The notes below the pieces were generated by a model, which saw nothing but the letters and a program-made list of their open reading frames with translations, did no database searches and was not told the DNA's origin. A stretch of 64,000 nt of DNA. Source: Fimbriimonadales bacterium. GTDB taxonomy: Bacteria > Armatimonadota > Fimbriimonadia > Fimbriimonadales > ATM1. Every line of letters starts with the position of its first letter. The stretch's first letter is position 1. The stretch covers positions 32,001 through 96,000 of the forward strand of contig JBGTLG010000033.1 in NCBI GenBank assembly GCA_041744215.1, read 5' to 3'. The position numbers were made by a program, and so were the translations under genes. This document shows positions 18,590 to 29,526 of the stretch, in pieces.

Positions 18590-21500
18590 ATCTCGCGATA
18601 GTGACAATTTTTAAACTTCTTTCCGCTCCCGCATGGGCAAGGATCGTTTCGTTTTGCCTTCGTGAAATCGACTGCGCCGTTCGAGCCATTTGGTTGCGGA
18701 ACAGCATCGATGCTGTCAGCTTCCAGCCGCTGCATCCTCGGAGCCTGTGGCGCGACTGGCTGCTGCTGCTGAATAACTGCCCGATAGATATGCGTCACCA
18801 CGAAGTCGCGAATCGCACGCAGCGTATCTTCAAAAACGGTATGTGATTCCTTGCGAAAGGCTATAAGCGGGTCGACCTGTCCGTAGCCGCGCAGCCCGAT
18901 CCCCTCGCGAAGCCGTTCGATTGCTTGCAAGTGCTCGGTCCACTTCTGTGTAATGGATTGCAGAAGGACAATACGCTCTACTTCCGAGAATGGCTCGTCG
19001 CCAAACTCATCCAGCTTCTTTTGGTAGGCTTCTCGCGCCCACCCCAACACTTTCTCCCTAATCTGCTCAGCATTCATAAGTTGCTGGAACTCATCGAGCG
19101 TCCCGTAGTCCATCACGGGGAAGATGGTCATGATCTCGCGATAGAGAATCTCGTAGTCCCACTTGGTTACTTCGATTCCGTCAGGTTGATGCCCTGCGAT
19201 CATCTCGTTCAACGCTTCGTCAACGTACTCCTGAATCGTCGGCCGTGCGTCTTGTCCAAGAAGGAATCTTCTCCGCGAGCTATAGATGTGCTCTCGCTGA
19301 GCGTTGAGAACGTCGTCGTATTCCAGAACATGCTTTCGGTACTCGAAGAAGTGGAGTTCGATTCGCTTTTGCGTCTTCTCTATCATCGAACTCAGGAACT
19401 TCGCGTTCACTTCTTCAAAATCGGGCCATGCACGCAGCAACGGATTCTCAAGCATCTTCGGATTAAAGATTTTCCAAAGCTGGTCCTCAAGCGAGACGAA
19501 GTAGCGACTCTCGCCGGGGTCGCCTTGACGCCCTGCGCGACCTCGAAGCTGATTGTCGATTCGGCGGCTTTCGTGCCGCTCAGTCCCAAGGATGAACAAC
19601 CCGCCGAGGTTCCTCACTACATCCGCCAGCGCGGCTCGCTCTTGATCATCGAGCGGCAACGGCGGAGCGGCGCGTTCCTTCCCTCCACGTCTGTGCGAAG
19701 CAAATGTCTCAGATGCAAAGGAAGTGTCTGCCTTTTCGGATGCAGTAACTTCGTCTGTTTTGATTCTGCCACCAAGCAGAATGTCAACACCGCGGCCCGC
19801 CATGTTTGTAGCGATGGTCACCTGCCCCTTGCGCCCCGCTTCGGCGATGATCAAAGCTTCCTTTTCATGGAACTTTGCGTTCAAGACGTTATGAGGTATC
19901 CCGTGCCGCAACGCTTCATCAAGATTGGGTTTATCGCCTTGTTCGAGCCCAAACTGCGCAAGCAGCCAATTTTGCATCTCATCGCCAAGCGGATCAGTCG
20001 GCAGCGACATCATGCGCGCGGCCTCTTGGAAGCTCTTCATTTTCGCTTCCTTGATCGAAACGGAAATGGCTTCCATTGCTTCGCCTTTCGTCTTCTTGTC
20101 GACACCCTTTTCGTGCTCGCACGCATGCATGATGCGATCTGCAAGCACGAGAATCTGAAGTCGATCCGCTGTCAATCGTGACGAAACCCGCTCAGACATC
20201 TCGATTGATCGAGTTCCGACGAGAACAGGCTGCTGCTTCGAATACAGTCTGAGGATTTCGCGCGCGATCGCTCGAAACTTCGCTTCCTCCGTCTTGAAGA
20301 TTACGTCCGCGTGGTCACTGCGAACCATATCGCGGTGGGTCGGCACCGCAAAAACAGACAACCCGTAAATCTTCGCAAACTCGTCTTCTTCCGTTTTCGC
20401 TGTGCCGGTCATTCCCGCAAGTTTCTCGTAAAGTCGGAACAAGTTCTGGAAGGTAATCACCGCGACCGTTTGGCTCTCTCGCTGAACGGTCACGCCCTCC
20501 TTCGCTTCGAGAGCCTGGTGGAGACCTTCGCCCATGCGTCGACCAAACATAAGCCGCCCAGTATTCTCATCGACGAGAACGACTTCGTTTTCCTTTACAA
20601 CGTACTCAACATCCTTTTCAAAAAGTCCATGCGCCTTGATGGATGCATTAACGTAGTGCATCAGATCGGGATGCTCGGCCAGATTGTCGATGCCAAGCAA
20701 TCGCTCAACTTCGTCATAGCCCCGCTCTGTAAGCGATGCGTTGTGATTCTTTTTGTCAACTGCGTAATGGGCCTCAGCGTCCTCTTTGTCGCCCGCCCGA
20801 AGTTTTCTTACAACCTCATTGAGCTTGCTATAAATCGATACGTCTTCTGCGCTTGCGCCTGAAATGATATGCGGCGTCCTCGCCTCATCGATGAGAATGC
20901 TGTCAACTTCGTCGACGATGGCGTAACTGAGATCGCGCATCGACAGATCCTCAACCCGGAAAGCCATGTTGTCTCGCAAATAGTCGAACCCAAACTCGTG
21001 ATTCGTTCCATACGTAATGTCCGCCATGTAAGCGGCGCGGCGCGAACACTCAACCAGGTTCGCATACCTCGGGTCGGGATGCTGCGCTCCCGGCGAATAC
21101 AGGTAGCTGCCACCAAGCTCATCAGAGTCAGGCGATTGACCTTGGATGATTCCGACAGACAGTCCCAGGTGGTGATAAATCGGACCCATCCAAACAGCGT
21201 CTCTTCGCGCGAGGTAGTCGTTCACCGTAACCAAGTGCACACCTCGTCCCGACAGAGCATTGAGATAGATGGGCAAAGTGGCAACCAGCGTCTTTCCTTC
21301 ACCGGTTTTCATCTCAGCTATCGAGCCTTCGTGAAGAATGATTCCGCCGAGCAACTGCACGTCGAAGTGGCGCATGTGGAGGAGCCGCTTGCTAACTTCC
21401 CTGACAATGCCAAACGCCTCAGGAAGGAGGTCGTCCATCTTTTCGCCGCCCGCAAGCCGCTCTTTCAGAACCGGTGTTTGCGCGGCGAGTTCATCCAAGG

Positions 21501-21615
21501 ACATCGCCTCATACTTCGGCTCGAGTGCGTTGATCTTCTCAACTGTCGGCCAGAGCCGCTTGGTCTCTTCGCCACTTTTGTCGAACCACTTTCGAAAAAC
21601 CTGGTCAATTTTCAT
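18580..21615 (-). CDS. secA: Preprotein translocase ATPase SecA
   Basis: MKTGEGKT, DEVDSILIDEARTP, TNMAGRG, RRIDNQLRGRAGRQGDPG, C-terminal RNDPCPCGSGKKFKNCH; start re-called at ATG 21615. Confidence 0.97.
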   Translation of the reverse strand: MKIDQVFRKWFDKSGEETKRLWPTVEKINALEPKYEAMSLDELAAQTPVLKERLAGGEKMDDLLPEAFGIVREVSKRLLHMRHFDVQLLGGIILHEGSIAEMKTGEGKTLVATLPIYLNALSGRGVHLVTVNDYLARRDAVWMGPIYHHLGLSVGIIQGQSPDSDELGGSYLYSPGAQHPDPRYANLVECSRRAAYMADITYGTNHEFGFDYLRDNMAFRVEDLSMRDLSYAIVDEVDSILIDEARTPHIISGASAEDVSIYSKLNEVVRKLRAGDKEDAEAHYAVDKKNHNASLTERGYDEVERLLGIDNLAEHPDLMHYVNASIKAHGLFEKDVEYVVKENEVVLVDENTGRLMFGRRMGEGLHQALEAKEGVTVQRESQTVAVITFQNLFRLYEKLAGMTGTAKTEEDEFAKIYGLSVFAVPTHRDMVRSDHADVIFKTEEAKFRAIAREILRLYSKQQPVLVGTRSIEMSERVSSRLTADRLQILVLADRIMHACEHEKGVDKKTKGEAMEAISVSIKEAKMKSFQEAARMMSLPTDPLGDEMQNWLLAQFGLEQGDKPNLDEALRHGIPHNVLNAKFHEKEALIIAEAGRKGQVTIATNMAGRGVDILLGGRIKTDEVTASEKADTSFASETFASHRRGGKERAAPPLPLDDQERAALADVVRNLGGLFILGTERHESRRIDNQLRGRAGRQGDPGESRYFVSLEDQLWKIFNPKMLENPLLRAWPDFEEVNAKFLSSMIEKTQKRIELHFFEYRKHVLEYDDVLNAQREHIYSSRRRFLLGQDARPTIQEYVDEALNEMIAGHQPDGIEVTKWDYEILYREIMTIFPVMDYGTLDEFQQLMNAEQIREKVLGWAREAYQKKLDEFGDEPFSEVERIVLLQSITQKWTEHLQAIERLREGIGLRGYGQVDPLIAFRKESHTVFEDTLRAIRDFVVTHIYRAVIQQQQPVAPQAPRMQRLEADSIDAVPQPNGSNGAVDFTKAKRNDPCPCGSGKKFKNCHYREIYG

Positions 21616-21684
21616 ATAAATCGCGACGCGCGGTAGCGGGGAGGGCTCTCCGGACGTGAACTTAGAGTATACCTGTGGGCCAAG

Positions 21685-22371
21685 TTGAACCGACCCAAAA
21701 GTCCCCCCAATCAATGCTGGCTCGATGCCCAAAACGCGCAGGTGATTGCCTGTACGGCCTGTCCCAGGCTACGATCACACTGCCAGCAGGTTGGTCGACT
21801 GAAACGGGCGTCATTTCGTGATGACGTCTACCATTCTCGGCCAGTTCCAAGTTTCGGAGACCCCAACGCGAGGGTGTTGATTGTCGGATTGGCCCCCGCG
21901 GCCCACGGAGCCAACCGAACCGGAAGGATGTTTACCGGCGACCAAAGTGGTGAGTGGCTCTACCGAGCTCTGCATCGTGCAGGGTTTGCGAATCAGCCGT
22001 CCTCCTGCAGCGCGTCAGACGGATTACTGTTGACCGATTGCCTAATCACTGCTGTCTGTCGGTGCGCGCCACCTAACAACAAACCGGATCGCGATGAGAT
22101 CCAGAATTGTTCGACGTTTCTCACTGAGACGATCGAGCGAACGCCCTGGCAGATGCTGATTGCATTGGGCGGACTCGCATGGATCGAAAGTGCGAGAGCG
22201 TTGCAGATTCGGCCTGCAAAATTCGCACACCTTGCAGAAACGGAATTGCAAGATGGACGACTCTTGCTCGGGTCATATCATCCCAGCCAGCAAAACACGT
22301 TTACCAGGCGACTGACAGAGCCAATGCTCGACGCTGTTTTCTCGCGCGCAAGATCGCTCCTCAAATCCTAA
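21685..22371 (+). CDS. Uracil-DNA glycosylase, family 5 (UdgB-like)
   Basis: [34 protein letters not shown]. Confidence 0.92.
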   Translation: MNRPKSPPNQCWLDAQNAQVIACTACPRLRSHCQQVGRLKRASFRDDVYHSRPVPSFGDPNARVLIVGLAPAAHGANRTGRMFTGDQSGEWLYRALHRAGFANQPSSCSASDGLLLTDCLITAVCRCAPPNNKPDRDEIQNCSTFLTETIERTPWQMLIALGGLAWIESARALQIRPAKFAHLAETELQDGRLLLGSYHPSQQNTFTRRLTEPMLDAVFSRARSLLKS

Positions 22372-23185
22372 CGACTTTTCGCCCGAGTCTTTCTGCGCGA
22401 TCGGCAAGACGCTCCATCACTCCTCCGGGACGCGCCCTCACCACGCGCACTTCATCAGACAGTCCCACAACCATTTCGTCGCGTATCTGGTTGTTTCTGC
22501 CCACAAAGCCGTCATCGGGCCGAAATGGGCTGACCACGAGATCGGTTTCTGGGTCAAATTTGTATCTCCAGAGCCGCGCCGCAGGAAACGGCTCCTCGTC
22601 GAGATTCTCACCAAGAGCCGCGAAAAGGCCCCGATCCAAAACAAGAATCCTTGGCGCTCCCCACCGAAGCGGAACGACGGCCGCTCGCATATACGAACTG
22701 GTGTTTGCGCCAGTGACGAGTGTCATGGGGTGCAGGACGCCATTCTCAACGTTAGATTCGACGAGGTCTTCAGTAGTCCTATCTGAGTCCCGGCTTGCCA
22801 GTACGCAAAAAGTTTTGGTTTCCAGCACCGCGTGATTGCCATAGAGGAAGACGTAAGCGGGCGGCGAGGTGCAAAACGGCTCAAGCCGTCTGGGATAGAG
22901 CGCTGATTGAATCGTGACAATTCGCACTGCCTTGTCCGCGATTCTTTCCTTCAAGCTGACGACTTTTTCGGCGATTCGAGAAGCTCCGGCAGAGAGCGCT
23001 TTCGCCGCAGCCGGTTTTAGCGCGTACTCTTCGATGAGTGTTTCCTCCCCAAGGCTTAAAAAGTGCTCAGGTGAGCGCCCGCTGATTGCGTTCCGAGCGA
23101 GGATGCGCGAAATCCCAGAAGAGCCCAGCGAAGGAGTAAGACAGAGTGCGTACTCGAAATCTGAATTGGGATCAAACTTTTTCAA
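22361..23185 (-). CDS. dprA: DprA/Smf-like DNA-processing protein (divergent)
   Basis: YPRRL...[15 protein letters not shown]...[12 protein letters not shown]; adjacent to radC. Confidence 0.65.
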   Translation of the reverse strand: MKKFDPNSDFEYALCLTPSLGSSGISRILARNAISGRSPEHFLSLGEETLIEEYALKPAAAKALSAGASRIAEKVVSLKERIADKAVRIVTIQSALYPRRLEPFCTSPPAYVFLYGNHAVLETKTFCVLASRDSDRTTEDLVESNVENGVLHPMTLVTGANTSSYMRAAVVPLRWGAPRILVLDRGLFAALGENLDEEPFPAARLWRYKFDPETDLVVSPFRPDDGFVGRNNQIRDEMVVGLSDEVRVVRARPGGVMERLADRAERLGRKVVRI

Positions 23186-23897
23186 TCTGACTCATAGCTC
23201 CCGTTAGAATTGCGACCGCCCTATCACCTGTCTGCGACATTTGCTCAACAACTTCATCGTGCGAGAGCGTCGATTGATGCAAGCCGGCCGCAAGGTTTGA
23301 TACAACTGCAAGACACGCGTAGCGAATCCCTGCTTCGCGCATCGCAACTGCCTCGGTTCCCGCCGTCATCCCGACAACATCGACACCAACCATTTGGTAA
23401 GCGGCAATCTCTGCCGGCGTCTCGTATCGCGGCCCATTGACGCAGAGGTACACACCGCCATCTTCGACGTCGATGCTCGCTTCTCCCGCAGCGCGAAGGA
23501 GAGCGTTGCGAGCTTTAGGATCGAAAGCCTCCGTCATGTCGGTGTGTTGCGGGGAATCTGCGAAACGGACCGTTTCACGGCCGGAAACGTCGATCAAGTC
23601 CGAACAAACACTCAGAGTCCCAGGGAGCCAATCCGCGCGAAGACTTCCAACCGCGGCGCTCGAAAAACAGTACTCAACCCCCAGAATCACCAGGGCTTCG
23701 GACATCGCCGTGTAGTTCACGAGGTGGGGAGGGGTCTTGTGCCCAGACCCGTGCCTTGCGAGAATCAACGTCGCGTCCTCAAGCTCCTTGGCCCGAACCA
23801 AGCCATAGCGCGTGGGGACGTGAACGGGCCGGGCTCCCTCCTCAAGAAGGCGCGAACCAATGCCCGTCCCACCGATAATCGCCACTCGCGTCGCCAT
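23172..23897 (-). CDS. MTA/purine nucleoside phosphorylase (MTAP family)
   Basis: IIGGTG, RHGSGH, GPRYETPAE, VVGMT, VSNLAAG. Confidence 0.9.
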   Translation of the reverse strand: MATRVAIIGGTGIGSRLLEEGARPVHVPTRYGLVRAKELEDATLILARHGSGHKTPPHLVNYTAMSEALVILGVEYCFSSAAVGSLRADWLPGTLSVCSDLIDVSGRETVRFADSPQHTDMTEAFDPKARNALLRAAGEASIDVEDGGVYLCVNGPRYETPAEIAAYQMVGVDVVGMTAGTEAVAMREAGIRYACLAVVSNLAAGLHQSTLSHDEVVEQMSQTGDRAVAILTGAMSQIEKV

Positions 23898-23951
23898 CTG
23901 CCGCTTAGTCTACACGCAGGAGATCGCGACTCTCCGGCGAATAGGATTCGC

Positions 23952-24608
23952 GTGTCCAGCGAATTGATACAGAAGCTCAAGAAAGTCGGAGTGAGCGCCA
24001 TGTCTCCTGTGGAACTGCTTGCCATCGCGATTGTGAATGACGAAAGCGACGCGGATGCCGCAATACTGCGCGCCCGCGACATACTGCAGTTTGCAGGGGG
24101 CATTCGCGCGCTTGCCTCCGCACCTCCAACGACATTCGAAGAGCACGCCGGGCTCTCTGGCCTCCGTTTGAGTCAGTTGTTCGCAATTCTCGAGCTGGGA
24201 CGCCGAACAGTCGAAGCCGGGCGCGGAGAGCGCCAAGAGATAAAGGGTCCGGATGACGTTTATGATCGCTTTTTGTATCTGCGTGACGAGCGAAAGGAGC
24301 ATTTTTGCGCGGTGCTGGTCGATGCAAAGAACCGCGTTATCCGTGACCAAGTCGTTCACATTGGAACCGTTTCAGCGTCCGTCGTCGGAGTAAAGGAGTT
24401 TTTCAAGGAGGCAGTCCGAGAAGGTGCCGCGGCAATCATTGCGGTTCACAATCATCCGAGCGGAGATCCCACTCCGAGCAGAGAGGATTTCGAGGTTACG
24501 CGCGTGCTTGCCGAGGCCGGCCGGCTGCTTGAGATTCCACTTCTCGACCATGTGATCGTCGGGGAAACCGAGTTCCGATCGATGCAACGCTTAGGCGCAA
24601 TAGGTTAA
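23952..24608 (+). CDS. radC: RadC/JAB domain protein
   Basis: HNHPSGDPTPSREDF, LLDHVIVG; start re-called at GTG 23952. Confidence 0.92.
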   Translation: MSSELIQKLKKVGVSAMSPVELLAIAIVNDESDADAAILRARDILQFAGGIRALASAPPTTFEEHAGLSGLRLSQLFAILELGRRTVEAGRGERQEIKGPDDVYDRFLYLRDERKEHFCAVLVDAKNRVIRDQVVHIGTVSASVVGVKEFFKEAVREGAAAIIAVHNHPSGDPTPSREDFEVTRVLAEAGRLLEIPLLDHVIVGETEFRSMQRLGAIG

Positions 24609-24617
24609 AACTCACAT

Positions 24618-25241
24618 ATGCCAACTAACCTCTCCGATATCGCCGAAGTGTTGCGCGGGAAGATCGAGCTGCAGCACGCCGCCCGCGAGCGAGCGCTGGC
24701 CGAAGGCCGAAAAGTGATCCAACTCTGCTCTAAGTCCATTAAGCACATTCACAGAGGGCAGCGCGAGGATGCCAAAAAGTACATGGATGAAGCCGACACG
24801 ATCATCAAGTCGGCCCTCGAAGTACTGGAGCAGTTCCCCACCCTAAAATTCGCACCCTACTTTCAGGACGCGGTCAAGGAGTACGTTGAAGCTCGGACGC
24901 TCTTCGCTCTCACCGAACACGCGCCACTGCCCAGCGCGGAGGAACTTGGGGTGGAGCCACAAGCCTATCTGAACGGGCTGTGCGAAGCTGCAAGCGAGTG
25001 CCGCCGCTACTCGTTGGATGCTCTCCGAAGAGGCGATGAAACCACGGCGCGACATCTCGCCGAGGAAATGGAAGACATCTACGACGAACTGATCACATTC
25101 GACTACCCCGACGCTCTGACGAGCAATCTCCGGCGCAGCGTAGACGCACTTCGCGCAGTGCTCGAACGGACGCAAAGCGACCTCGCAGTGACAGGGATGC
25201 AGCTCGAATTGATTGATCACCTCAAAGCGGCCAAGGCCTGA
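24618..25241 (+). CDS. Translin/Trax (C3PO) family protein
   Basis: All-helical; KEYVEA and YLNGLCEAASECRR correspond to translin-family QEYVEA/YLLGLAD..GELRR. Confidence 0.8.
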   Translation: MPTNLSDIAEVLRGKIELQHAARERALAEGRKVIQLCSKSIKHIHRGQREDAKKYMDEADTIIKSALEVLEQFPTLKFAPYFQDAVKEYVEARTLFALTEHAPLPSAEELGVEPQAYLNGLCEAASECRRYSLDALRRGDETTARHLAEEMEDIYDELITFDYPDALTSNLRRSVDALRAVLERTQSDLAVTGMQLELIDHLKAAKA

Positions 25242-25499
25242 TCAAGCAACGATGTTTACCAACCTTGAGACGTCGCGCCACAAGTTGCGATGAGTAATAC
25301 GGATTGGTTTGACGAACACCGCGGCAGGTCCGACAAGAGTAGTTAGCACGGGTCATCCTCTCCCGCTTCGACCTGTCGCGCGCAGGAACCGACCGGAGAA
25401 AGCCGTCAGTTGATGCCCAAATCAGTTTGAACGCAGATGAGGGATCACGGCAGTACTCGGTTCGCCATACGTGGTCTCGCCTATGCCAAGATAGCGGTG

Positions 25500-25904
25500 G
25501 TGAAAGTTCTTCTCTTGAAGTTTTGCGATTACGCTGGTCGGCTCGATGGCGGCAAAGGCTGTCTGATGGGCATGTTCGACACTATTGGAGGCTCGCAGTA
25601 CCCGTTGACTCATCCGACGTTTTTCATCTGCGTTGAGTTTGAGTTCGACCCGTTCGAGAGCGGTTCCCATACAAAGATCAAACTCGTATTGATGGACGAA
25701 GATGGTCACGAGATGATGGGCATTGAGGGCGAGTTCCCTATTCCAAAGTCGATCGGAGGACGCCCGGCAACGATGTTCGAGACGTTTCGCGTCGATGGGA
25801 TGGCCTTTCCCCGTCCGGGCGCATACCGACTAGACGTGCTGCATAACGGCGAGCCGATAGCCGAGGCGCGGCTGTCCCTTGTCGAGGGACCGGCGCCGGG
25901 TTAG
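25500..25904 (+). CDS. Conserved hypothetical beta-sandwich protein (DUF6941-like)
   Basis: CDYA...GKGCLMGMFD...FPRPGAY pattern. Confidence 0.65.
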   Translation: MKVLLLKFCDYAGRLDGGKGCLMGMFDTIGGSQYPLTHPTFFICVEFEFDPFESGSHTKIKLVLMDEDGHEMMGIEGEFPIPKSIGGRPATMFETFRVDGMAFPRPGAYRLDVLHNGEPIAEARLSLVEGPAPG

Positions 25905-25906
25905 AG

Positions 25907-26788
25907 ATGCGCGTTCGCTTCTTTCGGGGGCTAAAAGACCGGCTTGACCGGCTGTTTGGGCGCGGCGTCGTCGACGAGGAACTCTTCGAGGATTTGGAGG
26001 AGGCCCTGCTATCAGCGGATGTCGGCATCACCGTCGCCAGCGAGATCCTGAACGCAGTCCGGCAGCGCGTCCGTTCCGAGCGATTGACGGAACCCGCGGC
26101 GGTGCGCGTTGCACTGACTGAGGAAATCACGCGCAAACTCGAAGACGAAGAAGTGCCTTTGGTCGTTGCTGCTGCGGGGCCGACCGTGTATCTCTTCTTG
26201 GGTGTCAACGGCGCAGGCAAGACCACAACGATTGCAAAGCTCGCGCAGCGCTTGCGAAGCGAAGGCAAGCGCGTTCTGATTGCAGCTGCAGACACTTTCC
26301 GCGCAGCTGCAATTGAACAGCTTGAGATTTGGTCCGAGCGAGTTGGTGCAGATATCGTCAAAGGCGCGCCTGGCGGCGATCCAGGCGCTGTTGTGTATGA
26401 TGCGATTACTGCAGCAAAATCGAGAGGTGTCGATTTTGTTTTGGCGGACACCGCTGGGCGACAACATACGCGATCCAATCTGATGCAAGAGTTAGAAAAG
26501 ATCGGGCGCGTCGCGGAGAAAGCGCTCGGCCGCCCGATCGACGAGATCCTCCTGGTTATCGATGGAAACACCGGTCAAAACGCAATTCGCCAAGCGGAGG
26601 AGTTTGGGAAGGTAGCCGGAATCACCGGAGTCGTCGTCACCAAGCTGGATGGGACAGCGCGGGGAGGGGCGCTGTTGGGCGTCAAGGATCGACTCGGAAT
26701 ACCCATCAAGCTTATCGGCATCGGCGAAAAGGCAGCAGATTTGAAGACCTTTGATGCGAAGGAGTATGCAGAGGCGCTACTCGAATGA
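25907..26788 (+). CDS. ftsY: Signal recognition particle receptor FtsY
   Basis: GVNGAGKTTT, DTFRAAA, DTAGR, TKLDGTARGG. Confidence 0.96.
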   Translation: MRVRFFRGLKDRLDRLFGRGVVDEELFEDLEEALLSADVGITVASEILNAVRQRVRSERLTEPAAVRVALTEEITRKLEDEEVPLVVAAAGPTVYLFLGVNGAGKTTTIAKLAQRLRSEGKRVLIAAADTFRAAAIEQLEIWSERVGADIVKGAPGGDPGAVVYDAITAAKSRGVDFVLADTAGRQHTRSNLMQELEKIGRVAEKALGRPIDEILLVIDGNTGQNAIRQAEEFGKVAGITGVVVTKLDGTARGGALLGVKDRLGIPIKLIGIGEKAADLKTFDAKEYAEALLE

Positions 26789-27690
26789 GGGTGTGGATAG
26801 CGGTCGCAGCACTCGTCGCGGCTGGGTGCGGAGGCGGCGACTACGTTCCCCGGCCAACGTTCTCGATGCTGATTCCAGAAGGGCGCGAGCAGTGGAAAGC
26901 CGAGCTGGCGTCCGGATTCAAGGACACCCTCGCAGCATATGGATATGAGACGAAGTTGATATCGTTCTCTGCGTATGATCCGGATATCGTCGTGAAGGCG
27001 GCGCAACAGGCACAAAGAGGAGAGCGCGCCCCGATTTGTGTCGTGTTTACCCGCCGTGCACAAGTAAAGCATGTAGTGTCTGCATTAAAGAGTGAAGGCC
27101 ATGAGGTGGTAACAGTTGGCGCAGACGATGCGATGGTAACTCGGACGGGACACGTTGGTATGTCTGCAGAGCGCATGGCATATGTTTGGAAGATTCGTGT
27201 ATCGCAACTCGAACAAATGCCGAAGCGAGTGTTGTTCGTTTTTGGTAGCGAACCGATCAAAACAGAGCGCGTACAAGGTGCAGTTTTCTCGCGCTCCGGG
27301 AAAGGCACAGAGTTCGACTCTCGGTTTCGTGAAACTGGGGCTGTCACTCAGGAGGACGCAGAGTGGGCCGAACTTATCGTACCGATAGGAGAAGACGCGT
27401 TTGCAGCATGCACAAAGTATCTGCCGAAACCGCTGTACCCCGTATCCGGTTCAGAGCGAGTGTTAGAGGCGATCGGAACCGGAACAGTAAGGCAAGCGAT
27501 AACGGATGAGCCGTTCCAGATGGGCGTTCGAGCAGCCCAACTGGTGCGGGATTATCACCTCAATGCGGTGCGTAACCCAATCATCAGCCTTCCGTATGAA
27601 GAGGTTGATGCCGAGACGCTCCAGTATTATCGCGACCGAAGATACCGATTGCCTCCGATGATCAGGACCGCAGGACGCGAGGCGGAATAA
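26785..27690 (+). CDS. Lipoprotein, periplasmic sugar-binding-protein type I-like fold
   Basis: Lipobox AAGC; ITDEPFQMGVRAAQ resembles the Q.P..MG motif of RbsB-type proteins. Confidence 0.55.
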   Translation: MRVWIAVAALVAAGCGGGDYVPRPTFSMLIPEGREQWKAELASGFKDTLAAYGYETKLISFSAYDPDIVVKAAQQAQRGERAPICVVFTRRAQVKHVVSALKSEGHEVVTVGADDAMVTRTGHVGMSAERMAYVWKIRVSQLEQMPKRVLFVFGSEPIKTERVQGAVFSRSGKGTEFDSRFRETGAVTQEDAEWAELIVPIGEDAFAACTKYLPKPLYPVSGSERVLEAIGTGTVRQAITDEPFQMGVRAAQLVRDYHLNAVRNPIISLPYEEVDAETLQYYRDRRYRLPPMIRTAGREAE

Positions 27691-27691
27691 A

Positions 27692-27979
27692 GTGGAGGGA
27701 TTCGCTGGAATATTGACTATAACCTATGATTTTCCAGGTGCCCAGACGTTGAAGGACAAGCGGCGCGCCCTGAAGAGCCTCCTCGACAAAGTGCGCCGGG
27801 CCCGTTATGTCAGCATCAGCGAGGTAGGGTTTCAGAATCGCATCCGCTCGTCAGTCGTTGTCGCGGCAATCGTTGGACCTAACAAGCGTACAGTCGATCG
27901 TGAGCGAGCCGCCGTGGAATCGATGCTTTGTGAGTCGCATGAAGCGGAGGCAGTGGAGGTCGTTTGGGAATGGCTGTGA
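27692..27979 (+). CDS. DUF503 family protein (YlxP-like)
   Basis: PGAQTLKDKRRALKSL...VSISEVG. Confidence 0.85.
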   Translation: MEGFAGILTITYDFPGAQTLKDKRRALKSLLDKVRRARYVSISEVGFQNRIRSSVVVAAIVGPNKRTVDRERAAVESMLCESHEAEAVEVVWEWL

Positions 27980-29526
27980 GCGTATCGCCAATCAGGTTGA
28001 CAAAGACAAACTTCACCGCAGGTTTGCAGTGTGAAAAGCGACTATACTTCGAGAAGTATCGCAAAGAGCTACGCGTGATCACAGCGGCGGATCAACTTCG
28101 GTTCGACGAAGGAAACGAAGTAGGGCGCCTCGCTCAGAAGTTGTTTCCTAACGGTGCTTTGGTCAACGTTCCAGCATGGGATCCAGCCGGTGCGGAGGAG
28201 CGCACTCGTCAGCTGATCGATAGCGGTAAGAACACGTTGTTTGAATCGGCGTTCGGTGTTGGAAGGCTCTCGGTTCGAGTTGATGTGTTGCGACGCGAAG
28301 CATCGACGGACGGCGCCCAGGGCTCACTCTTCGATTCTCCTTCGGGCGGCTGGGAAGTCATCGAAGTGAAGTCTGGCACCTCACCTCGCGACGGAAAAGA
28401 CCCGAAGCCAGAGTACTTGATTGATGTCGCATTCCAAGTTTATGTTTTGCGTCAGGCAGGAGAACAAGTCGACCGGGCGAGCTTGCTCCTTCTCAACCGT
28501 GACTTCATCCATCAAGGCGTCGCCCCTTCGACAGCTGAACTCTTCGAGAAGGTAGACGTGACAGATCTCGTCGAAGATCTGGTCCCAACCATCAGCGCAG
28601 ATGTCGAGCGGATGGTGGCGATTCTCGACGCAGGCTCGGAACCTCCCATCGAGATCGGCCCCCAGTGCGATGACCCGTACCACTGTCCGTTTTACGACCA
28701 TTGCCACCCGACTCCGCTGCCGATCGACCACCTTATGAACCTCCCCCGGATCGATATGAACCAGTACCGACTTCTTCGAGGGGCGGGAATCGAACGAATC
28801 CAGGACATCCCCGACAGCATGATTAAGCATTCGACCCAGGACATGGTCCGGGAGGCGTTGCGGACTGGCAAGCGGCGAATCGACACGGCGATGGCGGAGG
28901 AGTTCGACAAAGTGAGGTTCCCCATCCACTTCGTGGACTTTGAAACCGCGCAGTACGCGCTGCCGAGGCACGTCGCGACCGGCCCGTATGACTTCTTGCC
29001 AGTGCAGTGGTCGAATCACGTTCTCGACGAAAGCGGAAACTTGTCGCACGACGAATTCATCTACGTCGGCTTTGGCGATCCAAGGCCAGAGTTCATCGAG
29101 AGCCTGTCTCGCACGGTTAACGGCGCGGGCTCAATCGTCGTTTACTCGAACTTCGAAGAGCAGCGGTTAAGAGACTTGCTATCGTTCGACGAATCCTCCG
29201 CAAAGCCATTGTACGAATTCTTCTCTGATCGCGTCGTCGATTTGCTGAAGATCATTCGCGCTTACGTCTACTACCCGGAATTCTGCGGAAGCTTCAGCAT
29301 CAAACGGGTTCTTCCTGCGATGGTTCCTTCCTTGTCTTACGCCGGACTGAATATCCAGCAAGGTGAAATGGCAACAACGATGTACCGCAAGATGATTGAT
29401 CCTAAATGCCCGCCAAACGAGCGGGAGCAGATACGAAGAGACCTTCTTGAGTATTGCAAGCTCGATACGCTGGCGATGGTAGAGCTGTATAAAGAGTTGC
29501 GACGGCTCATAATGGAAGAGAGATGA
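27964..29526 (+). CDS. DUF2779 domain protein (Cas4/RecB-like nuclease + RNase H-like exonuclease domain)
   Basis: [45 protein letters not shown]. Confidence 0.8.
   Translation: MGMAVSVSPIRLTKTNFTAGLQCEKRLYFEKYRKELRVITAADQLRFDEGNEVGRLAQKLFPNGALVNVPAWDPAGAEERTRQLIDSGKNTLFESAFGVGRLSVRVDVLRREASTDGAQGSLFDSPSGGWEVIEVKSGTSPRDGKDPKPEYLIDVAFQVYVLRQAGEQVDRASLLLLNRDFIHQGVAPSTAELFEKVDVTDLVEDLVPTISADVERMVAILDAGSEPPIEIGPQCDDPYHCPFYDHCHPTPLPIDHLMNLPRIDMNQYRLLRGAGIERIQDIPDSMIKHSTQDMVREALRTGKRRIDTAMAEEFDKVRFPIHFVDFETAQYALPRHVATGPYDFLPVQWSNHVLDESGNLSHDEFIYVGFGDPRPEFIESLSRTVNGAGSIVVYSNFEEQRLRDLLSFDESSAKPLYEFFSDRVVDLLKIIRAYVYYPEFCGSFSIKRVLPAMVPSLSYAGLNIQQGEMATTMYRKMIDPKCPPNEREQIRRDLLEYCKLDTLAMVELYKELRRLIMEER

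Noticed and set aside
18925-21636. Long plus-strand ORFs opposite secA (similar ones lie opposite clpC, flgE and ftsY)
   Set aside because: Antisense shadows of conserved genes in GC-rich DNA, with no recognisable motifs
23394-23951. N-terminal extension of radC to 404 aa
   Set aside because: Overlaps the MTAP gene antisense; RadC similarity starts near 23952
25242-25496. ncRNA or small ORF in the translin-DUF6941 gap
   Set aside because: No recognisable RNA family motif; the short ORFs lack support
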